Notes under the pieces: model-generated
Databases searched by the model: none
The model's input: the letters and a program-made list of their open reading frames with translations, nothing else
What the model was told of the DNA's origin: nothing
Source of the DNA: Candidatus Nanosyncoccus sp.
GTDB lineage: Bacteria > Patescibacteriota > Saccharimonadia > Saccharimonadales > Saccharimonadaceae
Direction of reading: 5' to 3'
DNA length: 62,925 nt
Assembly: GCA_045604085.1 (NCBI GenBank)
Contig: JAZUNK010000023.1
Coordinates: 1 to 62,925, forward strand
Shown here: one piece after another, positions 57,769-62,925 of the stretch
How the letters are laid out: every line of letters begins with the position of its first letter
How positions within the stretch are numbered: the stretch's first letter is position 1
Translations under genes and position numbers: made by a program

Positions 57769-59493
57769 CCGTTCTAACGCCTTAAAATCGACTTTAGCTA
57801 ACTTGGTTTTTGGAAGTTCAGGAATAAAACGAATTTCGCGCGGAATTTCATATTTAGCAAGATATTTTTTATAAATATTTGCGAGTTCTTTCCTCGCAAC
57901 GCGTTCAGAAGCGTTTTCTCTTAAAACGACAAAAATAACAACCTTTTCGCCGCGTAATTTATCTTCGCGACCAACAGCGGCGCAGCTATTAACTAAATCG
58001 CACTTTAGGGTGACATCTTCTATGTTTGTAGGGTAAATATTATAGCCGTTTGACACTATCATACGCTTTAGGCGTGAACGGAAATGAATTACGCCACGTT
58101 CGTCGGCGTAACCGATGTCTCCAGTACGGAGATATTTTTTTGTACCGATTTTAATGAAGGCATCTTCGGTTTCTTTTGGTTTATTTAAATAGCCCTTCAT
58201 AACTGAAAGCCCTCGTACCAAAATCTCGCCATCTTCGCCCAGCTTTGCTTCCTTCTTGGTTTTTAGATCCATAATCAGAACTTCATTGTCTGGAATTGGA
58301 TAACCTATTACGTCAGGTTCTTCGGCGATACTTCTTGGAGAAAAGATAAATCCGCCAGATGCTTCTGTTAAACCATACCCGTTTTCCAATATTGCGCTTG
58401 AGCCGTGAGCTTTCAGAAAATCGTTAACTTTTTCTTTCGTAGCAATACTTATTACGTCCCCACCAGAAACTACGAACTTAACACTACGCAATTCTTCTTT
58501 TTTCAGTTTTATTTTTGTAAGGTAATCAAAAACAGTTGGGACGCCTACGAGAATATTGATTTTATACTTCTTGATGTATTTTCTTAATTTTTTAGCGTTG
58601 AACTGTGGGATTAGAACAATTCGTGAACCAAAATAAAGCGGCATATGAATGCAGCAGCCAAAACCGAAAGCGTGAAAATTCGGTAGAAATGTCAGGAAGG
58701 AATGTTCGGTCTTCAAAAGCTCAGGGACAAGGTACTTAGCACCTAACGCTTGGGCATTAAAATTTAAATTCGATAAAACAATTCCTTTCGGTTTGCCAGT
58801 AGTGCCACCAGAATACATAATTATTGCATCATCTTTTGACTCTACTCGAGCATGAGGATTTCCAATATATTTATTGGCTTTATTTAAAAATCTATCCCAC
58901 GTGATAACATGCTGACTTTTCTTGATATGGTTCTTGCGTCCTTTAGTGATTTTATAAATCGCGCGTACTAAAAAATCCATCGAGCGGGAAGGCGAGACTA
59001 CGATGACTTGTTCTACTTCTGTATTTTTAATAATAGCCTCTACTTTTGGATATGAAATGTCTATGCAGAGCATAATTTTTGAATGAGCCTGGTTAAGATA
59101 ATCTTCGATTTCTTTTTCGGAAGAAAGAGGATGAACCATATTTGCTACGGCACCAATCTCGTTCACCGCATAGATCATGTATACACCTTCTGGGGTATTT
59201 GGCATACAAATCGTAATCTTATCGCCTTTTTCGGCCCCAATTGCTTTCAGGGCTGCCGCGACTTTATTAATCTTCTTGATTAGCTCTTTATAAGTAATCT
59301 GGGTATCAAAATATTCGAGAGCAGGATTATGTGGCCATTTACATGACGCCTCATAGACGGCATCGTATAGGCCTCCGTTAAAATATTCAATTTCTTTTGG
59401 TAGCCTCTCTATATAGCCATACTTTGCGCGCTCGATTCGCATATCGATTTTACGTAAAGCATTTTTAATCTTATTGTACATAAATTCTAACAT
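57763..59493 (-). CDS. Long-chain fatty acid-CoA ligase / class I adenylate-forming enzyme
   Basis: YSGGTTGKPKG, GYGLTE, GEILVRG..VMKGY, LRTGDIG, LPKTKLAK. Confidence 0.88.
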   Translation of the reverse strand: MLEFMYNKIKNALRKIDMRIERAKYGYIERLPKEIEYFNGGLYDAVYEASCKWPHNPALEYFDTQITYKELIKKINKVAAALKAIGAEKGDKITICMPNTPEGVYMIYAVNEIGAVANMVHPLSSEKEIEDYLNQAHSKIMLCIDISYPKVEAIIKNTEVEQVIVVSPSRSMDFLVRAIYKITKGRKNHIKKSQHVITWDRFLNKANKYIGNPHARVESKDDAIIMYSGGTTGKPKGIVLSNLNFNAQALGAKYLVPELLKTEHSFLTFLPNFHAFGFGCCIHMPLYFGSRIVLIPQFNAKKLRKYIKKYKINILVGVPTVFDYLTKIKLKKEELRSVKFVVSGGDVISIATKEKVNDFLKAHGSSAILENGYGLTEASGGFIFSPRSIAEEPDVIGYPIPDNEVLIMDLKTKKEAKLGEDGEILVRGLSVMKGYLNKPKETEDAFIKIGTKKYLRTGDIGYADERGVIHFRSRLKRMIVSNGYNIYPTNIEDVTLKCDLVNSCAAVGREDKLRGEKVVIFVVLRENASERVARKELANIYKKYLAKYEIPREIRFIPELPKTKLAKVDFKALERL

Positions 59494-59540
59494 ATTTATA
59501 TTTTAACATTTTATATAATATTTAGTGCTATAATATTGCT

Positions 59541-60227
59541 ATGGATAAGAATTTTCGAGTGAGGGTTATTGTTGGGTTCGGCATGTTTGTCGTTTCGCTT
59601 ATTGCCTTATATACCTTTGACAGCATTCCATTCAAAATCATTTTTGGAATTTTCGCTTTTATTTCACTTGTTGAATTGTTAAGTTTTTTTAAGAAAAAAC
59701 GAAAACCTGTTAATGTTTTGCTTTCGCTGGTTGAGATATTTTTCTTAGTATGCGGCACAATTTTTATTGCTAAAATTGACGTAAAACATTTCTGGTATAT
59801 TATACTGGGGGTTTGTGGATATGATATTTTTGCTTATCTATTTGGAAAATTGTTTGGTGGAAAGATATTTAAAAAAGCTCGTCCTTTTCCGCATGTTTCC
59901 AAAAATAAAACTTGGGAGGGGACGGTGCTTGGTTTACTAACTTCGATAATATTTGTCGCAATATTAATGGCAACACGCGGTGCCTTTTCGACTGATAGTA
60001 TGTATTTATTATGTGGTCCCCTAGCTTTAGCGGGAGATCTTTTCGAGAGCTTCCTAAAGCGAATGTTCGGCGTCAAGGATTCAAATGAAATTTTAATTAA
60101 AAATAAGTTCTTCGAGAAGCTTGAGATGGCAGTAGGCGGAAGCGAGGGACATGGCGGTTTTCTCGACCGCTTGGATTCGACTGCTTTTGCTTCAACGGTT
60201 TTACTTTTTATTTCTTTGATTTTTTAA
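59541..60227 (+). CDS. cdsA: Phosphatidate cytidylyltransferase
   Basis: DIFAYLFG, SKNKTWEG, GDLFESFLKR..GVKDS, GHGGFLDRLDS. Confidence 0.93.
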   Translation: MDKNFRVRVIVGFGMFVVSLIALYTFDSIPFKIIFGIFAFISLVELLSFFKKKRKPVNVLLSLVEIFFLVCGTIFIAKIDVKHFWYIILGVCGYDIFAYLFGKLFGGKIFKKARPFPHVSKNKTWEGTVLGLLTSIIFVAILMATRGAFSTDSMYLLCGPLALAGDLFESFLKRMFGVKDSNEILIKNKFFEKLEMAVGGSEGHGGFLDRLDSTAFASTVLLFISLIF

Positions 60228-60755
60228 TAACTTTTTATAACCGTTTTTTAAATAATCCATACCGGAAAAAACAGTCAGAGTAAGAGAAATGTATAAAGTT
60301 ATATTTCCAATAATGAAAAATATCTCTAAGTTGACAATTAAATTAAAAAGGAAAATAATCAACGCAATCATTTGAAAAGTAGTTTTTAACTTGCCGAAGA
60401 TTGAGGCAGCTATCGTAATCCCGTTTTTTGCGACCATCATACGCATGCCGTCGACGGCAAAATCGCGAACTAAAATCACCGCAAAGACCCAAAGGGGGAC
60501 AATATTTAAATATGTTAGAATTAAAAATGCGAGGTTTACTAGCATTTTATCTGCGAGGGGATCTAAAAAGGCCCCGATATCTGTTACTATTTTTTTCTTA
60601 CGTGCCCATTTTCCGTCAATTAAATCAGTTAAAGCAGCGATGATGAACAAAATAAGTGCCGTAATTTTTGCCCAAGTTTCAGACATCAGCGAAAACGCCA
60701 TAAATAAAACTGAGAGAATCATTCTAATTATTGTTAAATATGTTGGGCCGGTCAT
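60201..60755 (-). CDS. pgsA: CDP-diacylglycerol-glycerol-3-phosphate 3-phosphatidyltransferase
   Basis: LTIIR, TDLIDGKWAR, GAFLDPLADK, GKLKTTFQM. Confidence 0.92.
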   Translation of the reverse strand: MTGPTYLTIIRMILSVLFMAFSLMSETWAKITALILFIIAALTDLIDGKWARKKKIVTDIGAFLDPLADKMLVNLAFLILTYLNIVPLWVFAVILVRDFAVDGMRMMVAKNGITIAASIFGKLKTTFQMIALIIFLFNLIVNLEIFFIIGNITLYISLTLTVFSGMDYLKNGYKKLLKNQRNKK

Positions 60756-61183
60756 ACAATATCTCTCCTATGCTCCACTTTCCAGGCGCGTACTTTAGCG
60801 GCCTTTGCGGCCAACACATCGGTCGACCACTTATCACCCAACATGGCTGTCTCTTCTGGTGAAAATTTATATTTAACCATGGCTTCGGTTAGCTTTTTAC
60901 TCATCGGTTTTTTTGCCCACCAAACGCAATCCACGCCGATAGGTTCGCAAAATCTTTGCATCATTTTCTTTCGCCCATTATTACTAATGATCACTATTTT
61001 TACATTAGCCTTTTTGCATTCTTCAACCCACTTTGCCAACTCGTCAGCCGGCGCTTTTTCGGAATGTAATCTTAAGGTGTTATCTAAATCGCAAAGTAAT
61101 AATTTTACGCCTTCTTTTTTTAATATTTCAGGTGTGACATCTTCAAAACGCTCAAATTTTTTATCAGCTCGAAAAATACTCAT
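60752..61183 (-). CDS. YqeG-like HAD IIIA phosphatase (candidate PGP phosphatase)
   Basis: DLDNTL, ISNN, AKKP, GDKWSTDVLA; overlaps pgsA start. Confidence 0.85.
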   Translation of the reverse strand: MSIFRADKKFERFEDVTPEILKKEGVKLLLCDLDNTLRLHSEKAPADELAKWVEECKKANVKIVIISNNGRKKMMQRFCEPIGVDCVWWAKKPMSKKLTEAMVKYKFSPEETAMLGDKWSTDVLAAKAAKVRAWKVEHRRDIV

Positions 61184-61213
61184 ACATCTATTTTATCATG
61201 TTATAATTAGTAT

Positions 61214-62215
61214 ATGTATAATAAATTTACTGAGTTTTTGAAGGACAAAGATAGGATTTGTATTATTCAAGCAGAAAATCCAGACGGGGATTCGCTCGGA
61301 AGCGCAATCGCGCTAGACTATCTATTGTCCGATAAAGATGTGAGCTTATACTGTCCGGTCGATATTCCAAAATATCTACATTATTTCACTGATTGGTCAC
61401 GAGTAACCAAAGATTTTGATTTTAAAGCGGATGGTTATATTGTTGTGGATACGGCGGCAAATGTATTGTTGTCAAAATTACTTGAAGACTCTGCAATAAA
61501 GAATCGATTATATACGGCGCCAGTTTTTATAATTGACCATCATGAAACACCGGACGATATATCATTCCCCCATGAAAGTATAATCGAAATCCTACCATCG
61601 TGCACATTGGTTATTTATCGTATAGCAAAAGCGGAAAATTTAGTTATTAACAAAGAGGCCGCCGAAGCAATTTTTCAAGGTCTTCTTTCCGACACGCTTG
61701 GTTTAACGAGCTCGTCCGTAACGGCTGACACCTTTGAAACGTCGGCTGAGCTCACGAAACTCGGAGCTAATATCTCAGATCTTGAAGAGCGCCGAAGAGA
61801 ATATATGAAGAAATCACAAAAAATTCTCGACTATAAAGCCGATTTAATTAAACGAATTGAATATTATCTTGATGGAGCGTTAGCTACAGTGCACATACCG
61901 TGGGAAGAGATTGCCGAATATTCAAATGAGTATAATCCTAATGTACTCATATTAGAAGAAATGCGCCTGGTTGAAAAGGTAAAAGTTGCTGTTGCGATAA
62001 AAACTTACCCAGACGGTAAGGTGACTGGAAAAATACGCTGCAGTGCTGACGCAAAGATTGCAGACAAAATCGCTGGTTTTTTTGGCGGTGGTGGGCATAC
62101 ACAAGCGGCAGGCTTTCGTACCTATGATACAACTTATGAAGAGGTAGTGAGAGAATTAATTAATATTTTACCGGAGTTAATACAAAATGGAAACCAACAA
62201 GAATTTAACCAATAA
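61214..62215 (+). CDS. DHH/DHHA1 phosphoesterase (NrnA-like)
   Basis: NPDGDSLGS, VVDT, IDHH, SDT, GGGGHTQAAG. Confidence 0.92.
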   Translation: MYNKFTEFLKDKDRICIIQAENPDGDSLGSAIALDYLLSDKDVSLYCPVDIPKYLHYFTDWSRVTKDFDFKADGYIVVDTAANVLLSKLLEDSAIKNRLYTAPVFIIDHHETPDDISFPHESIIEILPSCTLVIYRIAKAENLVINKEAAEAIFQGLLSDTLGLTSSSVTADTFETSAELTKLGANISDLEERRREYMKKSQKILDYKADLIKRIEYYLDGALATVHIPWEEIAEYSNEYNPNVLILEEMRLVEKVKVAVAIKTYPDGKVTGKIRCSADAKIADKIAGFFGGGGHTQAAGFRTYDTTYEEVVRELINILPELIQNGNQQEFNQ

Positions 62216-62925
62216 ACTAATTTTAGAGAAAACCCACGATTTTTGTAAAAGTAAAGAGCCTAAATTGGCCGTGATTTTAATTCACGGTATTGCGTCCGAT
62301 TCTTCGACTTTTGACAAGGCGTTAGATTATCTAGAAAATGTAAATTGCGCCGAAGACTTGCGCTTTATCACTTTTGACTTGCTAGGTTCTGGTAAATCTT
62401 ATGCAGACGATAACTTAAATTATGATTATAACGATCAGCTTACCGCATTACATAATTCAATTAAAAAACTAAAATTGGATATACCAATTATACTTGTTGG
62501 GCATTCAATGGGAACTTTAATCGTTACGCGATATGCTAATACTTATAAAAATATGGTTAAGGGACTAGTTCTAGTCTCGCCCCCATTATATACCGAAAAA
62601 GATTTGGCAAACCCAGCTTTTGAGGCTGCAGTTAAAGTCTTTCGAGATGCGGTTAGTGTTAAAAACCATAAAATTTTAAAAGAAAAATCATTTAATAACT
62701 CAATGAAAAAAATTGTGTTAGATAAAAACAATTTCAAGGTTATTTCCGAAATAGAGATCCCCACAACTTTGATATATGGAAAATTAGATCAATTTATTTC
62801 GTCTTACAATATACCAAAACTTATAAAAATAAATCCAAAATATATTACGGCTATCGAGACAGAAGGGAAACACGGTGTGTCACGCGATAAATATGTCGAG
62901 ATATCAAAAATACTAAATAATATTA
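62187..62925 (+). CDS. Alpha/beta hydrolase (lipase/esterase-like), runs off window
   Basis: Read manually from ATG 62187: LIHGIAS, FDLLGSGKS, VGHSMG nucleophile elbow; absent from ORF track because no stop lies in the window. Confidence 0.85.
   Translation, partial: METNKNLTNKLILEKTHDFCKSKEPKLAVILIHGIASDSSTFDKALDYLENVNCAEDLRFITFDLLGSGKSYADDNLNYDYNDQLTALHNSIKKLKLDIPIILVGHSMGTLIVTRYANTYKNMVKGLVLVSPPLYTEKDLANPAFEAAVKVFRDAVSVKNHKILKEKSFNNSMKKIVLDKNNFKVISEIEIPTTLIYGKLDQFISSYNIPKLIKINPKYITAIETEGKHGVSRDKYVEISKILNNI

Noticed and set aside
1-62925. Antisense and nested ORFs in the track; possible TGA recoding
   Set aside because: Shadow ORFs lie opposite well-supported genes; TGA acts as a normal stop (rmuC, SufS-like gene) and genes are full length under code 11.

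Overview
A gene-dense, AT-rich 63 kb chromosomal segment using the standard genetic code. It is most likely from a host-associated Candidatus Saccharibacteria (Patescibacteria/CPR) genome; this is inferred from the sequence style of NusG, L11, L33, Zn-less RecR and a CPR-type conserved hypothetical. Core genes include prfA/prmC, lepB, htrA, rmuC, secE-nusG-rplKA-rplJL, dnaX-dnaB, ybaB-recR, rpmG and six tRNAs. Glucan genes are GH57, GT4, GH97 and phosphorylase. Several anaerobe-like islets are present: SDR/Y-family polymerase/rubrerythrin, SufC/SufBD plus nrdDG, VTC/DUF4956/CBM plus a two-component system, and a membrane pyrophosphatase. No transposase, integrase, RT or CRISPR array was seen. 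Best leads: (1) five long (about 130-210 bp) imperfect fold-back elements with unrelated arms but shared triloop/purine-loop modules; in two cases the arms are built from local functional sequence and one sits in-frame inside dnaX; (2) a promoter- and terminator-bounded structured ncRNA of about 200-230 nt upstream of rpmG (6S-like or new); (3) a class III RNR lacking the glycyl-radical RxxGY motif and ending in CAC; (4) an apparent fatty-acid-scavenging route to phosphatidylglycerol in a lineage thought to make little lipid; (5) pervasive leaderless genes behind TGnTATAAT. All calls are from manual reading; no searches were run.
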